A DNA stretch of 63,976 bases, counting the filler, from an uncultured bacterium (GTDB lineage: Bacteria; CAZDME01; JAYEMH01), in NCBI GenBank assembly GCA_964506785.1. It is 3 parts of 3 records of this genome, joined end to end, with 100 filler letters (N's around TTAATTAATTAA, not from the genome) between each part and the next. Parts side by side here need not be neighbours in the genome. Positions count along the whole stretch, not along the records: positions 26,396 to 51,211 come from CAZDME010000016.1; 2 more parts are not named here. One strand, 5' to 3'. Position numbers and translations under genes: made by a program. Numbering within the stretch: position 1 is the stretch's first letter; each line of letters begins with the position of its first letter. Shown in pieces: positions 37,301 to 46,668 of this stretch. The notes under the pieces were generated by a model. That model had not been told where the DNA came from. It worked only from the letters and a program-made list of their open reading frames with translations, and did no database searches.

Positions 37301-38217
37301 TTTATATATTCTACCTTTTTGTTTATGGTTTTCTGTTAACGGCCGCAATAGGTCTTTTTGCCAGCTGGTTTGACCGCAAGGTAACCGCCCGGGTGCAGTA
37401 CCGCGTCGGCCCGCCTCTCTTCCAGCCTTTATTCGACATCATAAAACTTTTAGGCAAAGAGACACTTGTTCCTTCCGGGTCATCAAAAATAACTTTTCTT
37501 ATCGCTCCGGTTATCGGCCTGGCCAGTTTGATTTTTGTCTCCACCCTTTTATGGCTTAATGCCCTTAACCCGGCCCGGACCTTTTTAGGCGATTTAATTG
37601 TCGTTTTATATTTACTGACTATCCCTTCAATCAGCATTATTATCGGCGGCTTTGCTTCAAAGAATCCTTTAGCCAGCCTCGGCTCATCCCGCGAGATGAA
37701 GCTTATTTTGAGTTACGAACTGCCCTTTGTTTTAGCCTTACTGGTTCCGGTAATAAAGTCTAATTCTATCCGGCTGGGTGAGATTTTAAATTTTCAAGCC
37801 CAAAACGGGGTAGTGGCTGGCAGCTTATCCGGATTCCTGGCTCTGGCGGTGGGTATCATTTGCATGCAGGCAAAGTTAGCCCTGGTGCCTTTTGATATTC
37901 CCGAGGCCGAGACAGAAATTACCAGCGGCCCTTTAATTGAATATTCCGGCAGTGCCCTGGCTTTATACCGGCTGATGAAAAACATGCTTTTATTTACCCT
38001 GCCATTTTTTTTAATTATTATTTTTATGGGCGGGATAAGGTTTGGCGGCATTCATCTTTTATATGCATTCTTAAAATACATCGGATTAGTAGCTTTGGTT
38101 ACCGTCATAAGAAATACCAACCCGCGTCTTAGGATTGACCAGGCGGTCAGATTTTTCTGGGGGCCGATGACTATTATGGCGGCAGTCGCCGTAACCCTGG
38201 CTTTACTGGGTAAATAA
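37297..38217 (+). CDS. Group-4 hydrogenase membrane subunit (NuoH/HycD/MbhM-like)
   Basis: DRKVTARVQYRVGPP, PFDIPEAETE..SGP..EYSG, PRLRIDQ. Confidence 0.93.
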   Translation: MIYIFYLFVYGFLLTAAIGLFASWFDRKVTARVQYRVGPPLFQPLFDIIKLLGKETLVPSGSSKITFLIAPVIGLASLIFVSTLLWLNALNPARTFLGDLIVVLYLLTIPSISIIIGGFASKNPLASLGSSREMKLILSYELPFVLALLVPVIKSNSIRLGEILNFQAQNGVVAGSLSGFLALAVGIICMQAKLALVPFDIPEAETEITSGPLIEYSGSALALYRLMKNMLLFTLPFFLIIIFMGGIRFGGIHLLYAFLKYIGLVALVTVIRNTNPRLRIDQAVRFFWGPMTIMAAVAVTLALLGK

Positions 38218-38651
38218 TGAGTATGAAATTAAAAGCACTTTTAAAATCACCCTGGGTTTTTCATTTATCGACCGGCAGCTGCAATAACTGCGATATAGAG
38301 GTTTTGGATTGTCTTACCCCCAGATTCGATATTGAAAGGTTCGGTATGCTTCTTGCCGGGAGCATAAAACATGCCGATGTGCTTTTGATTACCGGCTCCT
38401 GTAACCGCCAGTCGGTAATACGACTGAAAAGATTATATGAACAGATTCCCAGGCCCTGTTTAGTAGTGGCCATTGGTGAATGTTCTTTATCAAGAGGGAT
38501 GTTTATTCATAGCTACAATTGCCCCCAGCCTTTAGATAAGATTATTCCGGTAGATGTTTACATTCCCGGTTGTCCGCCCAAGCCGGAGGCGATTATTGCC
38601 GGGGTAGTAAAGCTTATTGAAAAAGTAAAGAGAGATAAGGGAAAAAAATGA
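38217..38651 (+). CDS. [NiFe]-hydrogenase group-4 small subunit (NuoB/HycG/MbhJ-like)
   Basis: GSCNNCDIE, AIGEC, IPGCPP. Confidence 0.93.
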   Translation: MSMKLKALLKSPWVFHLSTGSCNNCDIEVLDCLTPRFDIERFGMLLAGSIKHADVLLITGSCNRQSVIRLKRLYEQIPRPCLVVAIGECSLSRGMFIHSYNCPQPLDKIIPVDVYIPGCPPKPEAIIAGVVKLIEKVKRDKGKK

Positions 38652-39121
38652 CCGGAGAAGAGATTTTAAAGGACATAAAAGAAAGATTCAAGGATTATAT
38701 AATTGATTTTTTTGATAAAACCCCCAGGAGGGTTTATATAGAGATTAAGCCGGAATCGATTGTCAAGGTAGCCGGCTACATCTTTAAGAAGCTCGGTGCC
38801 AGATTTAATATTACCACCGGACTGGATACCAGGCACCACATGGAATTATTGTATCACTTTACTTTTGAAGATATAAATTTAATCATTTCTCTTCGGGTGA
38901 AATTAAAGAAAGACAAACTGGAGATTAATTCTCTTACCTCACTTTTTGCCGGTGCCAACTGGATAGAGAGGGAGATTTACGAGATGTTAGGCATAAATTT
39001 TAAAGGACACCCCGATTTAAGGAGGCTTCTTTTATCGGATGACTGGCCGGAAGGTGTTTATCCTTTAAGATGCGATTATAAAGAGTGGGATAAGAAGGCT
39101 ATCAGAGATAGAGGCGTTTAA
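38648..39121 (+). CDS. NuoC/MbhK-like subunit
   Basis: ANWIEREIYEMLGINFKGHPDLRRLLL..WP..YPLR. Confidence 0.93.
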   Translation: MTGEEILKDIKERFKDYIIDFFDKTPRRVYIEIKPESIVKVAGYIFKKLGARFNITTGLDTRHHMELLYHFTFEDINLIISLRVKLKKDKLEINSLTSLFAGANWIEREIYEMLGINFKGHPDLRRLLLSDDWPEGVYPLRCDYKEWDKKAIRDRGV

Positions 39122-40305
39122 TGGCACGAACCATTGTTCCCATAGGTCCGTATCATCCCCTGCAGGAAGAGCCGGAATTCTTCAGTCTGACGGTTGAAGG
39201 GGAAAAGGTAGTCGATATCGATGTCCGGGTGGGTTACAATCACCGGGGGATAGAGAAGCTTTCAGAGAGAAAGACTTTTGACCAATCCACCTTTGTTATC
39301 GAAAGGATTTGCGGGATTTGTTCCACCAGCCATCCCTTTGCTTATACCCGGGCGGTCGAGGATATTATTCCTTTAGAGGTTCCGGAAAGGGCTAAGTATA
39401 TAAGGACGATAATTGCCGAAGGTGAGCGGATACACTCCCATCTTTTGTGGGCCGGATTAGCCGGTCATTTTCTGGGATATAACACCGTCTATATGTGGGT
39501 TTGGAAACTAAGGGAAGAGATTCTGGATGTCATGGAGATTTTATCCGGCAACCGGAATAACTACGCCATGTTTAAGCCCGGAGGGGTTCGCAGAGACATA
39601 AAAAAGGAAGATATTCCCCCGGTAATGAAGAAGCTCGATTCGATTATTCCGAACCTGGAGATGTTAAAGAAGGCCATTCGTGATGACCCGGTTCTTCATG
39701 CCCGGACTAAAGGAATAGGCATTCTTACCAAAGAAGATGCTATAAACTACTGCGCTCTGGGTCCGACCTCCCGGGCATCCGGTGTTGCCAGAGACGTGAG
39801 GAAAGATGCCCCTTATGGCGCCTACGATAAAGTGGACTGGCAAATGATTGTTTCCCGTAACGGCGATGTTTTCGACAAACTGATGGTCAGGATTAATGAA
39901 GTCTTGGAATCGATAAAGATAATGAAGCAGTGCCTGCTGAATCTGCCCAAGGGTGAAATAGATGCCAATATCAAAAATATTCCGCCCGGTGAAGGTATTG
40001 GCTGTGCCGAGGCTCCCCGGGGCGAGGTTTTTCATTATGTCAGAAGCGACGGAACCAACCGGCCGGTCCGCCATAAGGTCAGGGCCCCGACTTTTATGAA
40101 TCTGCCTACTTTCAAGGCAACGGTTATTGGCGAGACCATTTCTGATGCCACCATTATTTTAGCTTCTATTGATCCCTGTTATTGCTGCACGGAAAGAATG
40201 GCCGTGCGCAATGTAAAGGGAAAAAAGCTTTATAACGGAGAAGAGCTGATTGAACTTTCAAAGGCAAAAACCCAAAAAATAAAAGATAGAATGGGGATTA
40301 AATGA
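39121..40305 (+). CDS. [NiFe]-hydrogenase group-4 large (catalytic) subunit
   Basis: L1 ERICGICSTSH, EAPRGE, KVRAPT, L2 DPCYCCTER followed by a cleavable C-terminal tail. Confidence 0.93.
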   Translation: MARTIVPIGPYHPLQEEPEFFSLTVEGEKVVDIDVRVGYNHRGIEKLSERKTFDQSTFVIERICGICSTSHPFAYTRAVEDIIPLEVPERAKYIRTIIAEGERIHSHLLWAGLAGHFLGYNTVYMWVWKLREEILDVMEILSGNRNNYAMFKPGGVRRDIKKEDIPPVMKKLDSIIPNLEMLKKAIRDDPVLHARTKGIGILTKEDAINYCALGPTSRASGVARDVRKDAPYGAYDKVDWQMIVSRNGDVFDKLMVRINEVLESIKIMKQCLLNLPKGEIDANIKNIPPGEGIGCAEAPRGEVFHYVRSDGTNRPVRHKVRAPTFMNLPTFKATVIGETISDATIILASIDPCYCCTERMAVRNVKGKKLYNGEELIELSKAKTQKIKDRMGIK

Positions 40306-41981
40306 ATCTCATCCCGGAGTTTTTTAGATTTGACAGCCTTTCTATTTTTGTCGGGATATTCATTGCCTTTTTCACGGTATTAATTATCTTTTATTCTATT
40401 GGTTTCAGCCCTCTTCGGAAATCAGGAAATGGCCGCTCAGGGAAAAGGCTTTTCAGGTATTATTGCTATATCGTTTTGACTTTTTTGGTTTCACTCGGGG
40501 CTGTTTTTTCTAATGACCTTCTTTTATTTATCGTTTTTTGGGGATTCTTAGGCTTTCTTCTATATCTTTTAATCGGTTTTGGAGAAAAAGAAAACACCCC
40601 GGCGACGGCCAAAAAAGCCTTTATCATTATTGGCGGCACCGACGCCCTGATGCTTTTAGGTTTAGCTTTAATCTGGCGTCTTACCGGTTCGTTTCAAATG
40701 GATAAGATAGATATTGCCCTTAATAGCCGGGCGGCTGTTTGGGCTTATCTCTGTCTGGCCGCCGGAGCTTTTGCCAAAGCCGGGGCAATACCTTTTCACA
40801 CCTGGGTTCCGGATACAGCCGAAGATGCCCCGGCGCCGGTAGCCGCTTTTTTACCGGCCTCTTTAGATAAACTTCTGGGCATATATTTTCTTTTCCGGAT
40901 TTCTATCGATATATTTCAGCTGGATACGGCTATGAACACCTTTCTTATGATGATCGGCAGCTTTACTATTATTGCCGCGGTAATGATGGCTCTTATCCAG
41001 CATGATTTTAAAAGACTATTGGGCTATCATGCCGTCAGTCAAGTAGGGTATATGGTTTTAGGTATCGGGACGGGAAATCCTCTCGGTATTGCCGGGGGGT
41101 TATTTCACATGCTTAACCACGCAATTTATAAATCCTGCCTTTTTCTTGGCAGCGGCGCCGTTGAAAAGGATGCCGGGACGACCGATTTAGATAAACTGGG
41201 GGGTCTCGCCAAAATTATGCCCCTTACTTTTATTACCTTTATTATCGCTTCTTTAGCCATATCCGGTGTTCCGCCTTTGAATGGTTTTGCCTCGAAGTGG
41301 ATGGTTTATCAAGGAATAATCGAAACGGCCAAAAATGGAGGGTATCTATGGATAATCTGGCTGGCGGCGGCCATGTTTGGCAGCGCTTTGACCTTAGCCA
41401 GTTTTATGAAACTGATTCATTCCGTATTTCTCGGTCAGCCTTCTAACCAACCGCCAGCCGCTAGTTACCAGCGGCGAGGGACCAGTTTAGCCATCTTATT
41501 TCCCATGCTTATTCTCTCTGCCCTCTGCCTCATATTCGGTATTTTTCCCTACCGGATACCCCTTAAAATGTTTATCTTTCCTAGCCTGGGAGAAAAAGTT
41601 GCCTTTAGCGGTATATGGCCGGCCAGCCTGGCGACGATTCTCTTGATTTTAGGAATTGCCATTGGTCTCATAATCTATCTCCTTGGCAGCCTCAGCAAGA
41701 TGAGGGAAACCAAGCCTTTTCTGGGCGGGGAAGTTTTGGAAGAGCATCCGGATATGAGGGTTTCCGGAACAGAATTTTATAATACCATAAAGGATTTAGG
41801 TTTTTTAAGAACGATTTATAGGCTCGCCGAAATAAAGTTTTTTGACCTTTATGATTTAGGCAGTAAATTCACTTTTGGTTTTAACCGGCTTTTACGTTAT
41901 TTTCATAACGGGATTCTTTCCACCTATTTATCCTGGTGTCTTTTGGGCACGCTCATTCTTTTTTACGTCTTTTTGAGGTAG
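40302..41981 (+). CDS. MrpA/NuoL-like antiporter subunit (N-terminal portion)
   Basis: PFHTWVPD, KRLLGYHAVSQVGY, HMLNHAIYKSCLF, GVPPLNGF. Confidence 0.9.
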   Translation: MNLIPEFFRFDSLSIFVGIFIAFFTVLIIFYSIGFSPLRKSGNGRSGKRLFRYYCYIVLTFLVSLGAVFSNDLLLFIVFWGFLGFLLYLLIGFGEKENTPATAKKAFIIIGGTDALMLLGLALIWRLTGSFQMDKIDIALNSRAAVWAYLCLAAGAFAKAGAIPFHTWVPDTAEDAPAPVAAFLPASLDKLLGIYFLFRISIDIFQLDTAMNTFLMMIGSFTIIAAVMMALIQHDFKRLLGYHAVSQVGYMVLGIGTGNPLGIAGGLFHMLNHAIYKSCLFLGSGAVEKDAGTTDLDKLGGLAKIMPLTFITFIIASLAISGVPPLNGFASKWMVYQGIIETAKNGGYLWIIWLAAAMFGSALTLASFMKLIHSVFLGQPSNQPPAASYQRRGTSLAILFPMLILSALCLIFGIFPYRIPLKMFIFPSLGEKVAFSGIWPASLATILLILGIAIGLIIYLLGSLSKMRETKPFLGGEVLEEHPDMRVSGTEFYNTIKDLGFLRTIYRLAEIKFFDLYDLGSKFTFGFNRLLRYFHNGILSTYLSWCLLGTLILFYVFLR

Positions 41982-41983
41982 CT

Positions 41984-42532
41984 ATGATTGAACTTTATAT
42001 TTTGTTAATCTTTATGATTATCGGGGCCATCGTTGCTATTGAATTGAAAGACCTGCTTTCTTCGGTAATTGCCGTCGGTGCCGTTGGTTTAGGTCTTTCC
42101 ATAGTTTTTTTAATTCTTAAGGCCCCTGATGTTGCCATTACCCAGTTAGTGGTTGAAATATTATGTTTGATTATTTTAATCAGGGCAACTTTAAAGAGGG
42201 ATTTGCCCTTTTCAACCACGGGCCGCTGGTTTTTAAACACGGCGATTACCATCGCTTTTATTTCTGCTTTCTTATGGATGGCGGTTCAAGCCTTGAAGGA
42301 TTTGCCGGAGTTCGGTTATCCGATAATGAAGGTGGCCGGCACCTATTTAAAAAAAGGATTAGCTGAAACCGGGGCCGCCAATTTGGTATCCGCGGTGATA
42401 CTTGATTTCAGGGCCTATGATACCCTGGGTGAGGCGACGGTATTATTTACCGCCGTAATCGGCGTTCTCACTGTTGTCCGGCGGGTAGGCAGAAAAAAGC
42501 CGGATGGAATTATTGAGGAGAATAATGAGTAA
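41984..42532 (+). CDS. MrpA C-terminal/MbhD-E-like subunit (DUF4040)
   Basis: Start MIELY at 41984; APDVAITQ, N.V..VILDFRAYDTLGE. Confidence 0.88.
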   Translation: MIELYILLIFMIIGAIVAIELKDLLSSVIAVGAVGLGLSIVFLILKAPDVAITQLVVEILCLIILIRATLKRDLPFSTTGRWFLNTAITIAFISAFLWMAVQALKDLPEFGYPIMKVAGTYLKKGLAETGAANLVSAVILDFRAYDTLGEATVLFTAVIGVLTVVRRVGRKKPDGIIEENNE

Positions 42533-42977
42533 AGAAGGCGAAAAGGGAATGTCTCTCATTGTCAAAACAATCACCCGCCTGACCGTGGGCTTGATACTTC
42601 TTTATGGAATTTATCTGGTTTTGCACGGCCATGTATCACCGGGGGGCGGTTTTGCCGGCGGGGTTATTATTGCTCTTTCCTTTATCCATCTGATGCTTGC
42701 TTATGGCAAAGAAGCCGCTTTTAAGAAACTCTCGCAATCCGCCGCCTCGTTTTTCGAAAGTTTTGGGGCGATATTATTTCTAACTATTGCCCTTTTGGGG
42801 CTTATCGCCGGGTATTTCTTTTCGAACTTCCTGCCTAAAGGCGAGCCTTTTAGATTATTCAGCGCCGGTATTATTCCGCTTTGCAATATTGCCGTAAGTT
42901 TTAAAGTTGGTGCCGGGCTATTTGCCATATTTGTCGCTCTGGTCTTATTGAAATTGGATTCGGAGAAAAAGAAATGA
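42525..42977 (+). CDS. MrpB/MnhB subunit
   Basis: HGHVSPGGGFAGG; start MSKEG at 42525. Confidence 0.9.
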   Translation: MSKEGEKGMSLIVKTITRLTVGLILLYGIYLVLHGHVSPGGGFAGGVIIALSFIHLMLAYGKEAAFKKLSQSAASFFESFGAILFLTIALLGLIAGYFFSNFLPKGEPFRLFSAGIIPLCNIAVSFKVGAGLFAIFVALVLLKLDSEKKK

Positions 42978-43312
42978 TGGTATATCTGCTTTGTCTGGTG
43001 CTTTTTTGCTGCGGTCTTTACTGTATCTTAAGAAAGCGCAATATCATTAAAATTATTGTCGGGGTGATTATTTCCGAATATGCCGTTAACCTTTTTTTTA
43101 TTTTAACCGCTTACCGGATTAAAGGCCGCTCGCCGATATTTTCAACCGGAGGGGATATTTGCAACATGGTTGACCCCTTGCCGCAGGCTTTAGTCCTGAC
43201 GGCCATTGTCATTGGTCTGGCCACCACTGCCTTACTGGTTGCCCTGGCCATGAGAATATATGAGAAATACGGCACCTTTGATATTACCAAAATCAGGGAA
43301 TTGAGAGGATAG
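42974..43312 (+). CDS. MrpC/MnhC subunit
   Basis: DPLPQALVLTAIVIG. Confidence 0.93.
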   Translation: MMVYLLCLVLFCCGLYCILRKRNIIKIIVGVIISEYAVNLFFILTAYRIKGRSPIFSTGGDICNMVDPLPQALVLTAIVIGLATTALLVALAMRIYEKYGTFDITKIRELRG

Positions 43313-43316
43313 GATT

Positions 43317-44810
43317 ATTAGTATAATTCCGTTTTTCATTATTATACCGCTGGCTGGAGCCTTCCTGGTTTCAATCATCGGTAGGAAGATAAAATGGTTT
43401 CCGGATGCCTTGGGAAATTTCACTACCCTGGCCTTATTTTGTTTTTCTATGCTGGCCGTTCGGGCAGTCAATAGCCAGGGAACTTTGGTTTATAGCCTGG
43501 GGGGCTGGAGGCCGCCGGCAGGGATTGCCATGGTTCTGGATGGTTTAACTGCCTTTATGCTGGCAACCGTAAATTTAGTTGCCTTTCTTATTGCTGTCTA
43601 TGCCGTTGATTATATGGAGAAGTTTACCTCAAAATGGAAATTTTACAGCCTGTATCTTTTGATGCTCGCCGGAATGAACGGAGTGTTGATAAGCGGCGAT
43701 ATCTTTAATCTTTTTGTCTTTTTAGAGATTGCCTCAGTAGCCAGCTATGCCTTAGTTGCCTTTGGCACCGAACGGCACGAGCTTGAAGCCGCTTTTAAAT
43801 ATGCGGTTATGGGCACCGTCGGTTCGCTTTTTATCCTTATTGGGATTGTATTTTTGTACAGTTTTTCTTCAACCTTGAATATGGCCGATATGGCTAATTT
43901 TTTTGGAGAGAAGGGTCCGGGAAACGTTACTATTATGGTCAGCGTTTTATTTATTATGGGTTTTGGCCTTAAGGCCGCCCTTGTTCCTTTCCATGCCTGG
44001 CTGCCTGATGCTCATCCCTCGGCACCGGCTCCGATTTCTGCCATACTTTCCGGGATATTAATAAAATCCCTTGGTGTTTATACCTTAGTGCGGATATTTT
44101 ATAATGTCATCGGCGTAACTCCAAAGCTATCATCGGTATTGATGTTTTTAGGGGCTCTTTCCATGGTTATCGGGGTATTTCTGGCTATCGGCCAATGGGA
44201 TTTCAAAAGGCTTCTGGCATATCACTCAATCAGCCAGATTGGTTATGTGGTTTTAGGTATTGGTTTGGGCACACCACTAGGTATTCTCGGGGGGCTCTTT
44301 CATCTTTTTAACCATTCCGTATTTAAATCGCTTCTATTTTTGAATTCCGGGGCGGTAGAATATGCCACCGGCACCCGTGATTTACGAAAGACGGGCGGCT
44401 TATTTCAGAAGATGCCCTTAACCGGCAGCGCCAATCTCATTGCTTCTATGTCTATTGCCGGTATTCCTCCTTTTAATGGTTTCTGGAGCAAGTTGATTAT
44501 TATAATCGCTGCCGTCCAGGCTGGCCGTTATGGATACGCCGGCTGGGCGGTTTTAGCCAGTATATTGACTCTGGCTTCGTTTACCAAGGTAATGAAGTAT
44601 GTATATTACGGTAAATTGGAAGAGAAATGGAATAAGGTAAAGGAAGTACCGTTTTTTATGAAGCTGGCCATGGCCGCTTTAGCCATTATCTGTTTATTCG
44701 GCGGAGCTTTACTTATTGGGCAAATAAACAGAGCTTTTCTTCAGCCGGCCGTGGAGGTGATTTTAAATGGCCGTAACTATGGTGCCATGCTTTTTAAAAG
44801 GATACTTTAG
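43317..44810 (+). CDS. MrpD/MnhD antiporter subunit
   Basis: DIFNLFVFLEI, KAALVPFHAWLPDAH, KRLLAYHSISQ. The frame extends to ATT at 43317 with a canonical first helix (IIPFFIIIPLAGAF). Confidence 0.9.
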   Translation: MSIIPFFIIIPLAGAFLVSIIGRKIKWFPDALGNFTTLALFCFSMLAVRAVNSQGTLVYSLGGWRPPAGIAMVLDGLTAFMLATVNLVAFLIAVYAVDYMEKFTSKWKFYSLYLLMLAGMNGVLISGDIFNLFVFLEIASVASYALVAFGTERHELEAAFKYAVMGTVGSLFILIGIVFLYSFSSTLNMADMANFFGEKGPGNVTIMVSVLFIMGFGLKAALVPFHAWLPDAHPSAPAPISAILSGILIKSLGVYTLVRIFYNVIGVTPKLSSVLMFLGALSMVIGVFLAIGQWDFKRLLAYHSISQIGYVVLGIGLGTPLGILGGLFHLFNHSVFKSLLFLNSGAVEYATGTRDLRKTGGLFQKMPLTGSANLIASMSIAGIPPFNGFWSKLIIIIAAVQAGRYGYAGWAVLASILTLASFTKVMKYVYYGKLEEKWNKVKEVPFFMKLAMAALAIICLFGGALLIGQINRAFLQPAVEVILNGRNYGAMLFKRIL

Positions 44811-45308
44811 ATGAAAAGTAGAGCCGTTTTATTTCTTGTTTCTTTTCTGGTTTGGTCACTCTTGAACTGGATGCCGGATTGGCAGCATCTTCTCGTCGGC
44901 TTTTTTATCGCTCTTTTTATTGCTTTTATGACCGGGGATTTATTTATCAGGAGGCCTCATGTTTTAAAACATCCCTGGCGTTACTGGTATTTCTTTGCGG
45001 AGTATCTGCCGGTATTTCTCTGGGAATGTTTAAAGGCTAATATTGACGTTGCCTATCGGGTATTGCATCCGCGCCTGCCGATAAATCCGGGCATTGTTAA
45101 AGTGAAGACACGCCTCAAGTCGGATACGGCCTTAACATTTTTGGCCAATTCCATCACCTTGACTCCCGGGACGATGAGCGTTGATATCGACCGGGAAAAT
45201 AATATTTTGTATGTTCACTGGATTAATGTCCGTAGTACCGACGTTGAAGGGGCAACCAGGATGATTGTTGGCCGTTTTGAAGGCATATTGGAAAAGATTT
45301 TCGATTAG
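44811..45308 (+). CDS. MrpE/MnhE subunit
   Basis: ANIDVAY..LHP..INPGIV, LANSITLTPGT, LYVHW. Confidence 0.93.
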   Translation: MKSRAVLFLVSFLVWSLLNWMPDWQHLLVGFFIALFIAFMTGDLFIRRPHVLKHPWRYWYFFAEYLPVFLWECLKANIDVAYRVLHPRLPINPGIVKVKTRLKSDTALTFLANSITLTPGTMSVDIDRENNILYVHWINVRSTDVEGATRMIVGRFEGILEKIFD

Positions 45309-45317
45309 GGTAAAAAG

Positions 45318-45686
45318 ATGAAAACCATTCGCTGGTTTATTGGCGCCGTTATTTTATCAGGGCTGGTTGCTTTGATTATTCTCCGGCCGCTTCCGTTTCT
45401 TTTTTATCCGGATCTTCCGTACCTCAATTTTTTGGGCCGGGCCCTTTACATAATTATTCTTGCTTGTATCTTAGCCCTTTTTAGGATATGGAAGGGGCCA
45501 ACCGGCGCTGACCGTATTGTTGCCATAGATATTCTTGGTATTATGATTGTCGGTCTCTGTGCTGTTTTGACCATTTCCACCGGCCGCTCCTGGTATATCG
45601 ATATTGGCATTGCCTGGGCCCTGCAAAGTTTTATCAGCACCCTGGCCCTTTCCAAATATTTAGAGGGAAAAGGGTTTGAAGAGTAA
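45318..45686 (+). CDS. MrpF/MnhF subunit with extra N-terminal TM
   Basis: RIWKGPTGADRIVAID. Confidence 0.88.
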   Translation: MKTIRWFIGAVILSGLVALIILRPLPFLFYPDLPYLNFLGRALYIIILACILALFRIWKGPTGADRIVAIDILGIMIVGLCAVLTISTGRSWYIDIGIAWALQSFISTLALSKYLEGKGFEE

Positions 45687-45713
45687 AAATACGGATTTAC
45701 AGAGAAAAGGATA

Positions 45714-46049
45714 ATGAATATTCCGATAGGTTTAGTATTTATCAGTTTGGGTTTAGCCTTTGATTTTTTTGGTTGTCTGGGGCTGGTTCGTCTTCCGGAT
45801 ATATACAATCGTTTGCAGGCGGCGACAAAATGCGTCACTCTGGGTACCTGCAGTATTCTTTTTGGCACTTTTCTGATTGTTGGGTTTTGCGCCGCCGGGA
45901 TGAAAGCCCTTTTATGCATAATCTTTCTTCTTTTGACTGCGCCGGTATCCGCCCATGCCTTAGCCAGGGGCGCCCACCGCTCGGGGGTGAAACTTTGCCA
46001 GGGTAGCCTCGTTGATAAATACAGGGAAGATAAAGAAGGTGAAGTTTAA
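45714..46049 (+). CDS. MrpG/MnhG subunit
   Basis: GLVRLPDIYNRLQAATK..TLG, TAPVSAH. Confidence 0.93.
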   Translation: MNIPIGLVFISLGLAFDFFGCLGLVRLPDIYNRLQAATKCVTLGTCSILFGTFLIVGFCAAGMKALLCIIFLLLTAPVSAHALARGAHRSGVKLCQGSLVDKYREDKEGEV

Positions 46050-46051
46050 AA

Positions 46052-46663
46052 ATGAAACTTCCAAAAATAAGAGAATTAATTGAGGCCATAAAGGCGTTAA
46101 TAAAAGGGCCTTACACCACAAAATTTCCAAAAGGTTCGTACCGGCCCCACCCAAATTTCCGGGGACAGCCCAAGTTTGACCGGGAGAAATGTGTAGGGTG
46201 TCTCGCCTGCGAAGAAATTTGTCCGGTAGAGGCCATTGCCCATAAAGATATTATTGATGGGGGTGGAAAGGCCAGGCGGGTTATGATTCATTATACCGAT
46301 ACCTGTATATTCTGCGGCCAGTGTGAAGCCGCTTGTATCGCTGAACACCAGGGAATTAAACTCTCCAATGACTGGGAGCTTTCTTTTTTTGACAGAAAAA
46401 ACGAATCATCTGAAACCATTGAGAAAGAACTTCAGCTTTGCGAGATGTGCGGAACGCCCATTGCCTGTAAAGACCATCTTAACTGGATTGCCGAGAAACT
46501 AGGCGAGCTTACTTATTCCAGCCCCACATTATATTTATCCCGCCTTAAAAGTTTGGGGATAATCGATGAAAATATTATATCTTCTTTAAAAGATGAGGGG
46601 CGTTCCGACCGGGTAAAAATTCTTTGCGCCCGCTGCCGCAGAAAGACTACCCAAACGACCTGA
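46052..46663 (+). CDS. NuoI/HycF/MbhN-like 2x[4Fe-4S] subunit
   Basis: FRGQP, CVGCLACEEICP, CIFCGQCEAAC, extra CEMC/CARC. Confidence 0.92.
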   Translation: MKLPKIRELIEAIKALIKGPYTTKFPKGSYRPHPNFRGQPKFDREKCVGCLACEEICPVEAIAHKDIIDGGGKARRVMIHYTDTCIFCGQCEAACIAEHQGIKLSNDWELSFFDRKNESSETIEKELQLCEMCGTPIACKDHLNWIAEKLGELTYSSPTLYLSRLKSLGIIDENIISSLKDEGRSDRVKILCARCRRKTTQTT

Positions 46664-46668
46664 TAGCC

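Noticed and set aside
37297-46663. Respiratory complex I (nuo) or MBX/MBS sulfur reductase
   Set aside because: The large subunit has both CxxC motifs and a cleavable tail; HycI, HypA and HypC are present; no NuoA, NuoJ or NuoEFG.
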